A program made the position numbers and the translations under genes. From positions 13,805 through 77,804 of IMG/VR virus record IMGVR_UViG_3300036771_000090: a DNA stretch of 64,000 nucleotides; one strand, given 5' to 3'. Positions 27,407 to 37,370 of this stretch are shown here, in pieces (position 1 is the first letter of the stretch; every line of letters begins with the position of its first letter). The notes beneath the pieces are model-generated. The model saw nothing but the letters and a program-made list of their open reading frames with translations, ran no database searches and was not told the DNA's origin. Source of the DNA: a virus.

Positions 27407-30280
27407 ATGGCCATTGCCTTCGTGGCCGCCGGCACGCCGGTAGGGGTGGACACAGGAGCCTCCGGAACGACGGTCGCCGTACCGACCCCGGCCGGCCTGG
27501 CGGCCAACCAGCTCCTGATCCTGGCGATCGGGACAGACGACAAGATCGGGCCGGCGTCGCTCCCCGCCGGCTGGCGCAAGCTCACCAGCGCCGGCGCGGG
27601 GACCCCGACAAGCAGCCCGTACTACGCCCCGCCGCGCGGTTCCGTGTACTGGAAGATCGCCACCGGCAGTGAAGGCGCATCGGTCAACGTCCTATTCGCG
27701 GGCACCGCCTGGCCGCTGGGCTCTCCGTTCGTGGTGGCCGCCATGCTGGCGTACAGCGGCACCGACCTGAGCAACCCGGTGGAGACCTTCAGCACGGCCG
27801 TCACGGCGCTCACGACACCCGCTCTGGCCCATCCCGTGGTCACAACCGCGGTGGCGAACGACTGGCTCCTGACCTTCCGGTGGGGCTCCTCCAACTTCGA
27901 TCCCATCTCCTACACCGTGACCGGCGGCACCAACGCGGAGCGGATCGACACCACCGACAACCAGCCCGAACTGTCGATGGCACTGTACGACTCCAACGGC
28001 GCCCTGGCGACAGGTGCCCAGACTCAGCGCACGACCACCGCCAGCATCCCCTTGGATTACGGCTCTGTCGGCCTGTCCATCGCCATCCGCCCCCCGACCA
28101 CCAACATGACCACCGTCACCCCGTCCGAAGCGAACGCGATCGGTACGGCCTTCAACGCGGTGGCCACGGGGAAGAACGGCCCCTGGGACACGTGCGCCAC
28201 GATGCCGGGGTACTCCTTCTCCATCGACTGGAACGGGGACGGCAGCCTCACCACACCGGGCGCCGTGCTGGACCCCAACCCCTACATGCGGACCGACATC
28301 TCCGGCTGGACATCGGGGTCGGCTGTGATCTCCTGGTCCACAGACCTGGTCGTGAACGACCAGGGGATGCCGGTGATGAAGATCGTGCCGGACGGGGTCA
28401 GCGTCTCCGGCGGCGCCGGCCAGAGCCCCCGCACACCGGTGGACTCGATCGTCCCCGGGAACACCTACGTCTGTGACGCCTGGGTGTACTCCCCCGGCGG
28501 CTGGGCCGATCTGCGGAGCTGCATCGACTGGTACGACAACACCAACAGCTTCCTGTCCACCGGCCTGGGCTCCGCCACCGTGGTCTCCGCGGGAGTGTGG
28601 ACACACCTGGTCCAGACCCTGGTGGCACCGGACACAGCCTCCCGGGCGGCCGTGCGTGTCCGGCACGGCGGGACGCCTCCCTCCAGCGCGCTGTACTACG
28701 CCTGGGGAATTCTCCTGATCGATCCGTCCGTACCGGGGAACTTCGTCGCACCGGGCCCGAACGAAGACGTCACCGCAGACGTGCTCAGCGGAGGAGTTAC
28801 GGTCTCCTACGGGCGGGACCAGTTCCGCCAGCTCTCCCCTGCCAAGAACGGCACGGCCGGCTTCTCCCTGAACAACGTGAACCGTACCTACAGCCCGGAG
28901 AACACCACGTCTCCGCTGTACGGAGACCTGGACCCCGCGCGGAGTATGCGGGGACAGGTGACCTTCATCGGGAAGACCTACTCCCTGGGCTCGATGCGGA
29001 TCGATGACTACAACGTCCACGCGGACATCGACAACCGGACTGTGGACTTCACCTTCCAGGACGGGATGAAGTCGCTGGACGGGCCCAACCTCTCCACTCC
29101 CGTGCTGTCCTCCCGGCGCACCGGGGACCTGGTCAACTACATCCTGGACCAGGTGGGGTGGACAGCCGGACGCGCGATCGACCCGGGCGCCACGGTCGTC
29201 CCCTGGTGGTGGGTCGAAGGCACGAACGCGCTGTCCGCCATCCAGGATCTGGTGAAGAGCGAAGGGCCGCCGGCCATCGCGTACGTGGCGCTGGACGGGA
29301 CCTTCGTCTTCCGGGACCGGCACCACCGGATTCTGAACGAAGCCTCCCTGGTCTCCCAGGCGAACTTCTCGCAGAACGAGATCGATCCCTGCGAATCCCC
29401 CGCGGTCACCGGCCTGTCCTTCACCGCACCGTTCGAGTACGCACACGGCTGGCGGGACATCGTCAACAGTGTCCAGTTCACCAGCTCCACCCGGCAGCCC
29501 GCTTCGGAGATCTCCCAGGTGTGGCAGTACGGGACGTCGTTCTCCCTGTCCATCGGCCAGTCCATCACCCTGGCCGCTTCGGGTTCCGATCCCTTCGTCA
29601 ACGCCGTCACGCCGGTACAGGGGACGGACTTCACCACGGCCGGGATCGGGACCGTCCAGGTGACCCTGTCGCGGGACAACGGCCAGGCGGTGAACATCAC
29701 CTTCCTGGCCATCGGTGGCTCCGTCACCGTGAACGATCTCCAACTACGGGCCCGGCCCATCCCCGTCGTGGGTACCCAGAACGTCTCCCGTACGGATACG
29801 ACGTCCATCGCCAGCCACGGGGAGCAGACGTACCCCGACACGGCGCCCTGGGCCTCTTCCGGGGACGCTTACGCCATTGCCGGAACCATCCTGCTCTACT
29901 ACGCCAAGAGGCGCCCTACGGTGCAGCTCCGCATCGTGGCCCGGGACCCGGAACACCTGCGGCAGATCCTGGAGCGGCGGATCTCCGACCGTATCCACAT
30001 CGTTTACGGTGAAATGCGGATAGATGATGACTTCTTCATTGAATCTGTGACACATCAGATAGACCGGATGAACAAGGTCAACCAGCCGCCCGTCCACTCC
30101 GTGGTGTACGGCTGTGAGATGGGCCTGGGGGACGTCAACGCCAACCCCTTCCGCTTCGACGTCCGCGGTTCCGGATTCGATCAGGGGGTTTTCGATCCGC
30201 TGGTGGGAGACAATCCGGCCAGCGTCTTCGTGTTCGATGACGTGCGGGGGTCCTTCGACGTCGGGGTGTTCGGAACGTGA
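27407..30280 (+). CDS. Minor tail protein (tip/baseplate hub with carbohydrate-binding-like module)
   Basis: After TMP; YGRD, LNN.NRTYSP, GTFVFRDR, DIVN. Confidence 0.8.
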   Translation: MAIAFVAAGTPVGVDTGASGTTVAVPTPAGLAANQLLILAIGTDDKIGPASLPAGWRKLTSAGAGTPTSSPYYAPPRGSVYWKIATGSEGASVNVLFAGTAWPLGSPFVVAAMLAYSGTDLSNPVETFSTAVTALTTPALAHPVVTTAVANDWLLTFRWGSSNFDPISYTVTGGTNAERIDTTDNQPELSMALYDSNGALATGAQTQRTTTASIPLDYGSVGLSIAIRPPTTNMTTVTPSEANAIGTAFNAVATGKNGPWDTCATMPGYSFSIDWNGDGSLTTPGAVLDPNPYMRTDISGWTSGSAVISWSTDLVVNDQGMPVMKIVPDGVSVSGGAGQSPRTPVDSIVPGNTYVCDAWVYSPGGWADLRSCIDWYDNTNSFLSTGLGSATVVSAGVWTHLVQTLVAPDTASRAAVRVRHGGTPPSSALYYAWGILLIDPSVPGNFVAPGPNEDVTADVLSGGVTVSYGRDQFRQLSPAKNGTAGFSLNNVNRTYSPENTTSPLYGDLDPARSMRGQVTFIGKTYSLGSMRIDDYNVHADIDNRTVDFTFQDGMKSLDGPNLSTPVLSSRRTGDLVNYILDQVGWTAGRAIDPGATVVPWWWVEGTNALSAIQDLVKSEGPPAIAYVALDGTFVFRDRHHRILNEASLVSQANFSQNEIDPCESPAVTGLSFTAPFEYAHGWRDIVNSVQFTSSTRQPASEISQVWQYGTSFSLSIGQSITLAASGSDPFVNAVTPVQGTDFTTAGIGTVQVTLSRDNGQAVNITFLAIGGSVTVNDLQLRARPIPVVGTQNVSRTDTTSIASHGEQTYPDTAPWASSGDAYAIAGTILLYYAKRRPTVQLRIVARDPEHLRQILERRISDRIHIVYGEMRIDDDFFIESVTHQIDRMNKVNQPPVHSVVYGCEMGLGDVNANPFRFDVRGSGFDQGVFDPLVGDNPASVFVFDDVRGSFDVGVFGT

Positions 30281-30287
30281 GGAAGCC

Positions 30288-30647
30288 ATGGAACTGATGA
30301 CCGAGAAGGCGCGCGCCTACGTCTACGGCGGGGACTGGGTGTCCGACTGCCCGCGGCCGGGGTGCAGCAACGTGGAACACCTGATGGAGCCTGTCGTCCC
30401 CCACGGACCCCGGACCCGTCCGAAGAGCTTGTTCATCTGTTCGTACTGCGGCCAGCAGTCGGTCATCGAGTGGCCGTCCCAGGACTTCATGTACGGAGCG
30501 CTGGAGATCCTGATGAAGCGGCCGGTGCCCGGGAACCGGAACTGGTACCCGGCCGGCCACACCAGCGCGGTGCGCTTCGGCATCGAGCACGGGCAGAGCC
30601 TGGACGACCTGCGGCAGGAGAACGAAGCGCACGGGGTGACGCCGTGA
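30288..30647 (+). CDS. Zn-binding hypothetical protein
   Basis: WVSDCPRPGC...CSYC...RPVPGNRNWYP. Confidence 0.7.
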   Translation: MELMTEKARAYVYGGDWVSDCPRPGCSNVEHLMEPVVPHGPRTRPKSLFICSYCGQQSVIEWPSQDFMYGALEILMKRPVPGNRNWYPAGHTSAVRFGIEHGQSLDDLRQENEAHGVTP

Positions 30648-31183
30648 CCTGGTCCGCACCCATGACCGCGGTCAGCGGGAACGTCTTCGCAGCCGCGGAG
30701 TTCAACCAGTACGTACGGGACAACCTGAACGAAACCGCGGTGGCGAAGGCCACCACGGCAGGTCAGTATTTCGTGGCCGTCGGCGCCAACTCCCTTGCCG
30801 CCCGGGTCATCGGCGGCAACTCCGTCCAGACCACCCAGACCACCACGTCCACGTCGTACACCGACCTGGCCACCCCGGGGCCGGCGCTCACCCTGACCAC
30901 CGGCACGCTGGCGATCGTCTTCGTCTCTGCGAAGATCACCAACAACACCAGCAACGCCACCAGTTTCATGTCCTACCAGGTGAGCGGTGCCACCACTGTG
31001 GCGGTCACCACGACCCGGGCCCTGGTGAGCGACGGCATGAACGCCAACAGCAATTTCCGTGCTTCAGCGGCCAGTACCGTGCCGCTCAACGCCGGCGTGA
31101 ACACCTTCACCACCAAGTACGCGGTCGGAGGCGGCACCACCGGCAGCTACGGGGACCGCACGATCATCGTCATCCCCTTCTGA
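30644..31183 (+). CDS. Minor tail / receptor-binding protein 1
   Basis: MTWSAPMTAVSGNVFAAAEFNQYVRDNL N-terminus, beta-rich C-terminus. Confidence 0.75.
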   Translation: MTWSAPMTAVSGNVFAAAEFNQYVRDNLNETAVAKATTAGQYFVAVGANSLAARVIGGNSVQTTQTTTSTSYTDLATPGPALTLTTGTLAIVFVSAKITNNTSNATSFMSYQVSGATTVAVTTTRALVSDGMNANSNFRASAASTVPLNAGVNTFTTKYAVGGGTTGSYGDRTIIVIPF

Positions 31184-31195
31184 GAGGAGGAATCC

Positions 31196-31498
31196 GTGGC
31201 CACCCTGAAGACGTACGGACGCACGCTCTGGGACCTTCAGCAGACCGTGGGGAACCGGATCGGCTTCGACCTGCGCACGGCACCCCTGGAGTTCCGGGCG
31301 CTGATCATCATGGTGGACGCCTCCCTGGCGCTGCTGATCAAGGCGCTGGTGGACAAGGGCGTGTTCAACGACCTGGAGCTGAACGCGGCCGTCCAGGGGG
31401 TCCGGAACACGACCTTCGCCCGGATGGGTCCGCCCCCGCTAGTGGACACCATGGCCACGGACCAGGTGCTCCCCGTACCCGAACCCCTCCAGGACTGA
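31196..31498 (+). CDS. Hypothetical protein
   Basis: GAGGAGG RBS. Confidence 0.65.
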   Translation: MATLKTYGRTLWDLQQTVGNRIGFDLRTAPLEFRALIIMVDASLALLIKALVDKGVFNDLELNAAVQGVRNTTFARMGPPPLVDTMATDQVLPVPEPLQD

Positions 31499-31502
31499 AG
31501 CC

Positions 31503-32045
31503 ATGACGTGGACAGCCCCCATGACCGCAGTCAGCGGATCGGTCTTCACCGCGGCCCAGTTCAACCAGTTCGTGCGGGACAACCTCCTGGAATGCCCGGC
31601 GTCCAACGCCACCACGCCGGGCTCCTTCTTCGTCACCGACGGAACCAACCACGTCGTGGAGCGCATCCCGGCCGTGTCCCGGGTGGATGTCCAGGAGGTG
31701 ATCACCGCCACGTCCTTCGCCGATGCCCCGACCCTTGGGCCGTCGGTCACCGTGACGACCGGGACACACGCGTACATCTTCATCGCTGCGGAGATCGGAA
31801 ACACCACCGCGTCCAGCGCCGGCTGTCTGGTCGGAACGCTGATCTCCGGCGCCACGTCGGAGTCCCCGACACCCCAGTACGCACTCCGGCAGGAGAGCGC
31901 GGCGCAAAGCGAATTCCAGCGCGCGACATATGCCCGGCTCCACACCGGCCTCACTCCGGGCAGCAACAGCTTCCGGTTGCAGTACCAGACCACCGCCGGC
32001 TCCATGAACATCAACTACCGGGAGATCTCTGTTCTCCCGATGTGA
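31503..32045 (+). CDS. Minor tail / receptor-binding protein 2 (paralog of 30644)
   Basis: MTWTAPMTAVSGSVFTAAQFNQFVRDNL. Confidence 0.75.
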   Translation: MTWTAPMTAVSGSVFTAAQFNQFVRDNLLECPASNATTPGSFFVTDGTNHVVERIPAVSRVDVQEVITATSFADAPTLGPSVTVTTGTHAYIFIAAEIGNTTASSAGCLVGTLISGATSESPTPQYALRQESAAQSEFQRATYARLHTGLTPGSNSFRLQYQTTAGSMNINYREISVLPM

Positions 32046-32055
32046 GGGGAAATCC

Positions 32056-32331
32056 GTGCCCAGCTATGAAGACGCACTCCAGTCCGCGTACACCGACGGG
32101 TCCCAGTTGCAGTTCGAACCGGTCGGAGTCTTCCAGGACGCCCCCTGGTACCTCACCGCCACCCCCGGCGGGAACATCGCCTTCCACAGTCTGACGGCAT
32201 CCGATACCGCGTCGGCCATCGCGGAGGCGGAAACCTACCTGGGTGGCCTGAACATGGTCAAAGCAGCCGAATGGAAGAAGAACCTGGACGGAACCGTGAT
32301 CACGTCCGTCTGGTTCTCCCTCCCCTCGTAA
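32056..32331 (+). CDS. Hypothetical protein
   Basis: ORF track with RBS. Confidence 0.6.
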   Translation: MPSYEDALQSAYTDGSQLQFEPVGVFQDAPWYLTATPGGNIAFHSLTASDTASAIAEAETYLGGLNMVKAAEWKKNLDGTVITSVWFSLPS

Positions 32332-32341
32332 GGAGCGCAGC

Positions 32342-33316
32342 ATGACGGTCAGTATCCCGGGCGTGGACTATGCCTGGTCACATCCCGGCGGAGCATCGCT
32401 CCAGGCGGCCGGGAAGAAGTTCGTCTGCCGGTACCTGGGCCAGGACGACACGAAGATCCTGAAGCGCGCGGAAGCCGACGACCTGGCCGCGCACGGGATC
32501 TGGTCGGTGGTGGTCTACGAAGATGCCGCGGACCGGGCACTGGGAGGCAGGGCCGTAGGGATCGGGGACGCGCAGCGCGGCCTTGCCCAGGCGCGTGCGG
32601 CCGGGATGCCGGAAGACCGGCCGATCTTCTTCGCGGTGGACTTCAACGCCACCGAAGCCCAGCAGACCGCGATCAACGCCTACCTGGACGGGGCCGCCTC
32701 CGTCATCGGGAAACAGTGGACCGGCATATACGGCGGATACTGGCCGGTGAAGCGCGCGCTCGATGGCGGACACGCCACCTGGGCCTGGCAGACCGTGGGC
32801 TGGTCCGGTTCCAACCGGGACAGCCGGATGGTCATCCTCCAGCCGGCCACCACCGTGAAAATCAACGGTGTGACCTGCGACAACGACACAGCACTGTCCG
32901 ACGACTTCGGCCAGTGGAAGCCCGGCATCCTCCCGGAGGCAGCAATGGCAGCAGTAGACCTCACCCCCGCTTCGGTGAACGCGGTGGCCGCCGCGGTGAC
33001 GAAGAACCTCCTGGCGTCGCTCCACGACGACCCGACCACCGCGGACAACTCCACCAAGTCGCTCGGCGCGATCTGGTGGGACGACGGCAAGAACTCGTTC
33101 CAGGCCAACACCGCCATCACCAAGGTGGCCGTATCGGTGGCCGCGCTCCAGACCGCGGTCAGCAAGCTGGGAACCGGCGTGCCGGCGGACTTCGTCACGT
33201 CCGTTCTGGCCAAGCTCGATGCGCTCCAGGCGGCCGTCACCGATCCGTCGGGACTGCTGGACCAGATCCGCACGGAGCTGGAGTCCTACCAGATCACCAT
33301 CACGAAGGAGAGCTGA
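32342..33316 (+). CDS. Endolysin, DUF1906/GH25-like glycoside hydrolase
   Basis: GVDYAW, FVCRYL, PIFFAVDFN, GIYGGY, WQTVGWS. Confidence 0.85.
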   Translation: MTVSIPGVDYAWSHPGGASLQAAGKKFVCRYLGQDDTKILKRAEADDLAAHGIWSVVVYEDAADRALGGRAVGIGDAQRGLAQARAAGMPEDRPIFFAVDFNATEAQQTAINAYLDGAASVIGKQWTGIYGGYWPVKRALDGGHATWAWQTVGWSGSNRDSRMVILQPATTVKINGVTCDNDTALSDDFGQWKPGILPEAAMAAVDLTPASVNAVAAAVTKNLLASLHDDPTTADNSTKSLGAIWWDDGKNSFQANTAITKVAVSVAALQTAVSKLGTGVPADFVTSVLAKLDALQAAVTDPSGLLDQIRTELESYQITITKES

Positions 33317-33318
33317 CC

Positions 33319-33606
33319 GTGTCGCTGGCCGCGCAGGTACAGGGCTGGGTGGAAGAGGCGCTGGAGGACTTCCGCGCCGCGATCAGGAAGACCGTGGAGA
33401 GGCTGACCGGGCTGGACGAACGGATCACCAAGCTGGAGGAGTACGTCCAGGCCATCGAGCAGAGCGACGGCATCCCCGCGGACCCCAGGCCGCGTGCGGT
33501 CAGCGCTCCGGCACGCGGTAGCGCGGCGCGCAAGACGACCGCCACCGCGAAGTCCACGACGGCCCAGGCGGGAACCGCGGAAGCCCGGGGGCAGGCCAGC
33601 CCGTAA
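33319..33606 (+). CDS. Coiled-coil protein downstream of endolysin
   Basis: LDERITKLEE. Confidence 0.6.
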   Translation: MSLAAQVQGWVEEALEDFRAAIRKTVERLTGLDERITKLEEYVQAIEQSDGIPADPRPRAVSAPARGSAARKTTATAKSTTAQAGTAEARGQASP

Positions 33607-33644
33607 GATCCCCCGGAAGACAGGAACGGCAGGAAGAAGGAAAA

Positions 33645-34727
33645 GTGCGAGTTACGGTCTTTCCCGCTGATGTGTACGGGTGTGGGTATTTCCGCCTGAT
33701 CTGGGCTACGGGACTGCTGAAGGAGGCAGGCCACGACATCCGGATGTACCGCCCCCAGGACCGGCGGCTGGAAGTCCACGTGGACTCCGACGGGGAGACG
33801 GTACGGGACGTCAGCCTGGACACCGATGTGGTGGTCCTCCAGCGGATCACCCACAGCTTCATGGCCCAGGCCATCCCGATCCTCCGTGCGAAGGGGGTTG
33901 CGGTGGTGATGGACGTGGACGACGACCTGTCGTCCATCCATCCCGCGAACCCCTCGTACGCCGCGATGCACCCCCGCAACGAACGGCGTGTCGATCCCGG
34001 CGCCGTCCAGCCCCGGCGGCACTCCTGGCGGCACCTGAACGCGGCGTGCCGGGACTCCACGCTGGTGACCGTCTCCACACCGGGACTGCTGGACGTCTAC
34101 GCCCGGCACGGCCGCGGACGGGTGATCTACAACCACTTGCCGGAACCGTACTTCACCACGGAGCACACCGATTCCGACGTCATCGGCTGGCCGGCTGCAC
34201 TGGTCTCCCACCCGGACGACCCGTCAGCCGTAGGAGGCGCTGTGGCGCGCCTGGTGACCGACGGAGCGGCCTTCCAGGTGATGGGGGACCCCACCGGCTG
34301 CGGGACGGCCTTCGGGCTCTCTGCCGACCCTCCAGGGGCCCGGAACATCACAACCCACCAGTGGCCGTCGAAGGTGGCGGAACTGGGAATCGGGATCGCC
34401 CCGCTGGCGGACACCCGGTTCAACGCGTGCAAGTCGTGGCTGAAGCCGCTGGAAATGTCGGCCCTGGGTGTCCCCTGGGTGGCGTCCCCGCGGCCGGAGT
34501 ACGTCCGGCTGCACACACGGGGAGCGGGCATCCTGGCGGACACTCCGCGGCGCTGGTACCGCGATCTGGACCGGCTGCGGCGCTCCCCGCAGATGCGCGC
34601 GGAACTGGCCGGGCGCGGCCGGGAAGTGGCGGAGACCCTACGGCTGCGCGACAACGCCTGGCGCTGGATGGAGTGCTGGGAGGAGGCGTACCGCATCCAG
34701 CGCGCCGGCTCCGGGGTGGCCGCGTAG
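33645..34727 (+). CDS. Glycosyltransferase (GT-B/GT4-like)
   Basis: ADVYGCGYFR, DVDDDL, VTVSTP, IGIAPL.DTRFNACKSWLKPLEMSALGVP. Confidence 0.88.
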   Translation: MRVTVFPADVYGCGYFRLIWATGLLKEAGHDIRMYRPQDRRLEVHVDSDGETVRDVSLDTDVVVLQRITHSFMAQAIPILRAKGVAVVMDVDDDLSSIHPANPSYAAMHPRNERRVDPGAVQPRRHSWRHLNAACRDSTLVTVSTPGLLDVYARHGRGRVIYNHLPEPYFTTEHTDSDVIGWPAALVSHPDDPSAVGGAVARLVTDGAAFQVMGDPTGCGTAFGLSADPPGARNITTHQWPSKVAELGIGIAPLADTRFNACKSWLKPLEMSALGVPWVASPRPEYVRLHTRGAGILADTPRRWYRDLDRLRRSPQMRAELAGRGREVAETLRLRDNAWRWMECWEEAYRIQRAGSGVAA

Positions 34728-34904
34728 GTCCGCCACCTGGCCCCTGAGTTCAGCAACGCGGCCCTGGAGTGCAGTGATCTGCATGTCCAGGGCCGCTTTG
34801 GTCTCCAGTCGCAGGGAGGCGTCCCCGGAGACCTGGTGTCTTTTCGCTTCGAGCAGCGCGGCCAGGTTCTCCGCGTGGTCGTCCAGCTTTTCCGGGGTCA
34901 TCAT
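34638..34904 (-). CDS. Hypothetical coiled-coil protein
   Basis: ATGA-coupled to the whiB-like gene; MMTPEKLDDHAENL. Confidence 0.5.
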   Translation of the reverse strand: MMTPEKLDDHAENLAALLEAKRHQVSGDASLRLETKAALDMQITALQGRVAELRGQVADLRGHPGAGALDAVRLLPALHPAPGVVAQP

Positions 34905-35281
34905 GACGCCACCGCTTCTTCCCTGCCCGAAGGCCGTTCGTCCGCGGCCCATGATGCTCCGCAGAACAGACAGATCTCGCTCCGGTCCACCGCGCGCACG
35001 CTGCGGCCCAGGCACAGCGGGCACTTGGCCCGGCTCCGGTTCTTGCTCAGGGCCCGGCGCTCCGCGGTACTGGTGCCGCCCCAGTAGCCGGACTCCCCGA
35101 CGGCCATCGCGGTGTCCAGGCATTCCTGGCGGACCGGGCACGTGTTGCAGTAGGCACGCCGCACGAAGTCCAGGGAGCGGCTGTCCTCCGTCAGCGGGAA
35201 GAACCGGTCATCGTTGAGCCCCCGGCACGCCGCGTCCCGGTACCAGTCCTGCGGAGTCCCGCCGTAGAAGACTCTGGTCAT
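34901..35281 (-). CDS. WhiB-family transcription factor with C-terminal Zn ribbon
   Basis: WYRDAAC...FFP...CNTCPVRQEC...GYWGG; extra CPLC...CLFC. Confidence 0.9.
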   Translation of the reverse strand: MTRVFYGGTPQDWYRDAACRGLNDDRFFPLTEDSRSLDFVRRAYCNTCPVRQECLDTAMAVGESGYWGGTSTAERRALSKNRSRAKCPLCLGRSVRAVDRSEICLFCGASWAADERPSGREEAVAS

Positions 35282-35396
35282 GTGGCTTTCCTCGCTCCGT
35301 CTTAACCCAAACTGTGCGCTTCCGTACGAAGAACGCAAAGGGCCCGTGCCGGAGGACTTCCGGCCGGGCCCGTGCGCGGGGTTCCGCTCCTGCCCG

Positions 35397-36302
35397 CTAG
35401 CCGCGGAAGCCCAGGTACCGGGAGACCTCCGGCCACCGGGTAGCCACGGCTTCGAGCTGGCGCTGTTCGTCCTCCATCCGGCTGGTGGACTCCATCCACC
35501 GGTCCAGGTCCCGGATCTCCCCCAGATGGTCGTCCACCAGGTCCCGCAGGACGGTCGGGTTCAGTGCGTCCAGCTCCCAGGAGCTGGGCCCGTACCGCTC
35601 GATGTAGGCGCGCGCCCGGCCGTCGGAGAGCTTGGCCGGGTTCGGGGGCGGGTTGTACTGGCTGACCTGGTCCATGGTCAGCGCGATCCGGCGGACGTCG
35701 GTCTCCGCCCCGAACAGCGCCAGCCGGTCCGCGATGTCCCGGCTCATGTCCACGCCGGAGGGGTCGTGGTCCCCCAGGTGGAGGATCACCGTGTTCTGGC
35801 CGTTCTCCTCATAGCGCTTCAGCCGCTCCGCGGCGCGCCACATCTCCGACTGGCTGGTGTAGCCCCGGCAGGAGAAGTAATCGACGTCGTACGTACGGGC
35901 CGGGGTGCCGATGACCCCGACCAGCGCGTCCTTCTCGATCCAGACTTCCACGCGGGTGTCCTGGTCGGCCCACCGGTCGGTCCGGTAGCTCCAGCGGGTG
36001 GAGTTGATGATGGACTGGGGGTTGGTCCAGTGGGACAGGCCCATCAGGTTCCGGGTCCGGTCGATCAGGTGGTTCCAGTCGATCAGGCCGGCCAGCCGCG
36101 CGTCATTGACGATCGATCCCAGCCGGTCGTACTCCGTGTCCTTGTTGGGGATCAGGTTCCGGGAGACGAACTGGTAATAGAGCTGGCGCAAGGTCAGATC
36201 CATCCCCTGGTCCGCGTACTCCCGGCAGATCTGCTCCGCCTGCTCGATCACCTCCAGGCTGGAGCCCCGGAACTTCTTCGGCACGTAAACGATCTTCGGC
36301 AT
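35397..36302 (-). CDS. Toprim-domain protein (Topo VI-A/DUF2399-like)
   Basis: LTLRQLYYQFV, EVWIEKDAL, RGYTS, GDHDPSG, ELDAL. Confidence 0.85.
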   Translation of the reverse strand: MPKIVYVPKKFRGSSLEVIEQAEQICREYADQGMDLTLRQLYYQFVSRNLIPNKDTEYDRLGSIVNDARLAGLIDWNHLIDRTRNLMGLSHWTNPQSIINSTRWSYRTDRWADQDTRVEVWIEKDALVGVIGTPARTYDVDYFSCRGYTSQSEMWRAAERLKRYEENGQNTVILHLGDHDPSGVDMSRDIADRLALFGAETDVRRIALTMDQVSQYNPPPNPAKLSDGRARAYIERYGPSSWELDALNPTVLRDLVDDHLGEIRDLDRWMESTSRMEDEQRQLEAVATRWPEVSRYLGFRG

Positions 36303-36332
36303 GTCTTCACCTCTTCCTGGTTCCTGTGGTGC

Positions 36333-36461
36333 TCAGGGATTCAGCGGCTTGCCGCACGTGGAGCAGTACGAAGATCCGGACGTGTTCGAAGCCCCGCAGG
36401 AGGAGCAGTACACCGGGCCCGGCGTGGACATCAGCCGGACCAGCACGGCGATCAGCTTCAC
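36333..36461 (-). CDS. 42-aa zinc-ribbon protein
   Basis: Manual translation: YCSSCGASNTSGSSYCSTCGKPL. Confidence 0.7.
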   Translation of the reverse strand: MKLIAVLVRLMSTPGPVYCSSCGASNTSGSSYCSTCGKPLNP

Positions 36462-36507
36462 GGCCCATCCCTCTCTTCCTGGTTCCTGGTGGTACGACTT
36501 CCGCCGG

Positions 36508-36855
36508 TCAGTTGCCCGTCGGGGACGGGGTGACCGGAACCGGGACCGCCTTCGTCCCGGTGCACATCCCGGCCGGCGCGCTGAAGACCTTCACGTCCGC
36601 GGCCACTCCGTCATGGGTGGTGGAGGTGAAGGCCATGCCGGGGAAGCCGTACAGGCACTTCGCGCAGACGTTGGAAAATTCGTCCGGCATGTTGGTGCAG
36701 AAGGCCGGGCTGTCGTCCCCGGACCGGGCGGCCACCGGCGCGTCTCCCTTGCCGCGCTTGTCGTTGCGGCTGTCGCACGCGGCGCCGGTGACGACCAGGG
36801 ACACCACCAGGGCAACGGCGGCCAGTACACGCCGGACGCGCTTGCTGATCTTCAC
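36508..36855 (-). CDS. Lipoprotein
   Basis: VVSLVVTGAAC lipobox; NMPDEFSNV. Confidence 0.7.
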   Translation of the reverse strand: MKISKRVRRVLAAVALVVSLVVTGAACDSRNDKRGKGDAPVAARSGDDSPAFCTNMPDEFSNVCAKCLYGFPGMAFTSTTHDGVAADVKVFSAPAGMCTGTKAVPVPVTPSPTGN

Positions 36856-36890
36856 GGATTCCTCGCTTCCAGTGCCGGGACTTCCGGCGG

Positions 36891-36964
36891 TGCGCCCGGC
36901 AGGACTCGAACCTGCGGCCCCCATATCCGTAGTACGGTGCTCTGTCCACCTGAGCTACGGGCGC
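36891..36964 (-). tRNA. tRNA-Arg(ACG)
   Basis: GCGCCCG/CGGGCGC acceptor, GCTC/GAGC D-stem, CT-ACG-GA loop, TTCGAGT T-loop; CCA not encoded. Confidence 0.9.
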
Positions 36965-37002
36965 TTGCGCGGGATTTACGGCTCCCGGCGGCCGTGGAGC
37001 GG

Positions 37003-37278
37003 TCAGTCCGCGGCGGGGGTGTTGCGCAGCTCCTCCAGGTCCGGGGCGGCCGGGCCGTCCCCGTAGGTGAAGTACGTGCCGATGACCTTCAGCTTCCGTT
37101 CGGTGGTGGTCAGGTTGCCGTCACCGCTGACGGAGGTGACGCTGACCGTCCCGTCTTCCAGGTCCCCCAGGTGGGCCGCCAGCCCGGCCGCGATGTCCGC
37201 CCGGCTGGGGAGCGCGACCCGGGCGCCGGCCTCCACGTCCACCGTGATGTTCAGCCGTGCGATCTTCCGTTTTGCCAT
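37003..37278 (-). CDS. Hypothetical protein
   Basis: ORF with RBS between the two tRNAs. Confidence 0.6.
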   Translation of the reverse strand: MAKRKIARLNITVDVEAGARVALPSRADIAAGLAAHLGDLEDGTVSVTSVSGDGNLTTTERKLKVIGTYFTYGDGPAAPDLEELRNTPAAD

Positions 37279-37370
37279 GATTCCTCACTTCGTGGGTTCC
37301 GGCCCGGCCAGTGACCCCCGCGTGGCCGGGGTGGTTCTCCGCGCGCTCACCGTGCACGGTGTGGGGGTCG

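Noticed and set aside
30644-32045. Diversity-generating retroelement or invertible tail switch
   Set aside because: No reverse transcriptase or invertase, no adenine-specific TR/VR pair, and both genes have the same orientation
210-34211. Long - strand ORFs over the structural arm (e.g. 8232-10256, 11470-13527, 27692-29743)
   Set aside because: Antisense shadows of high-GC3 genes, with no motifs or RBS
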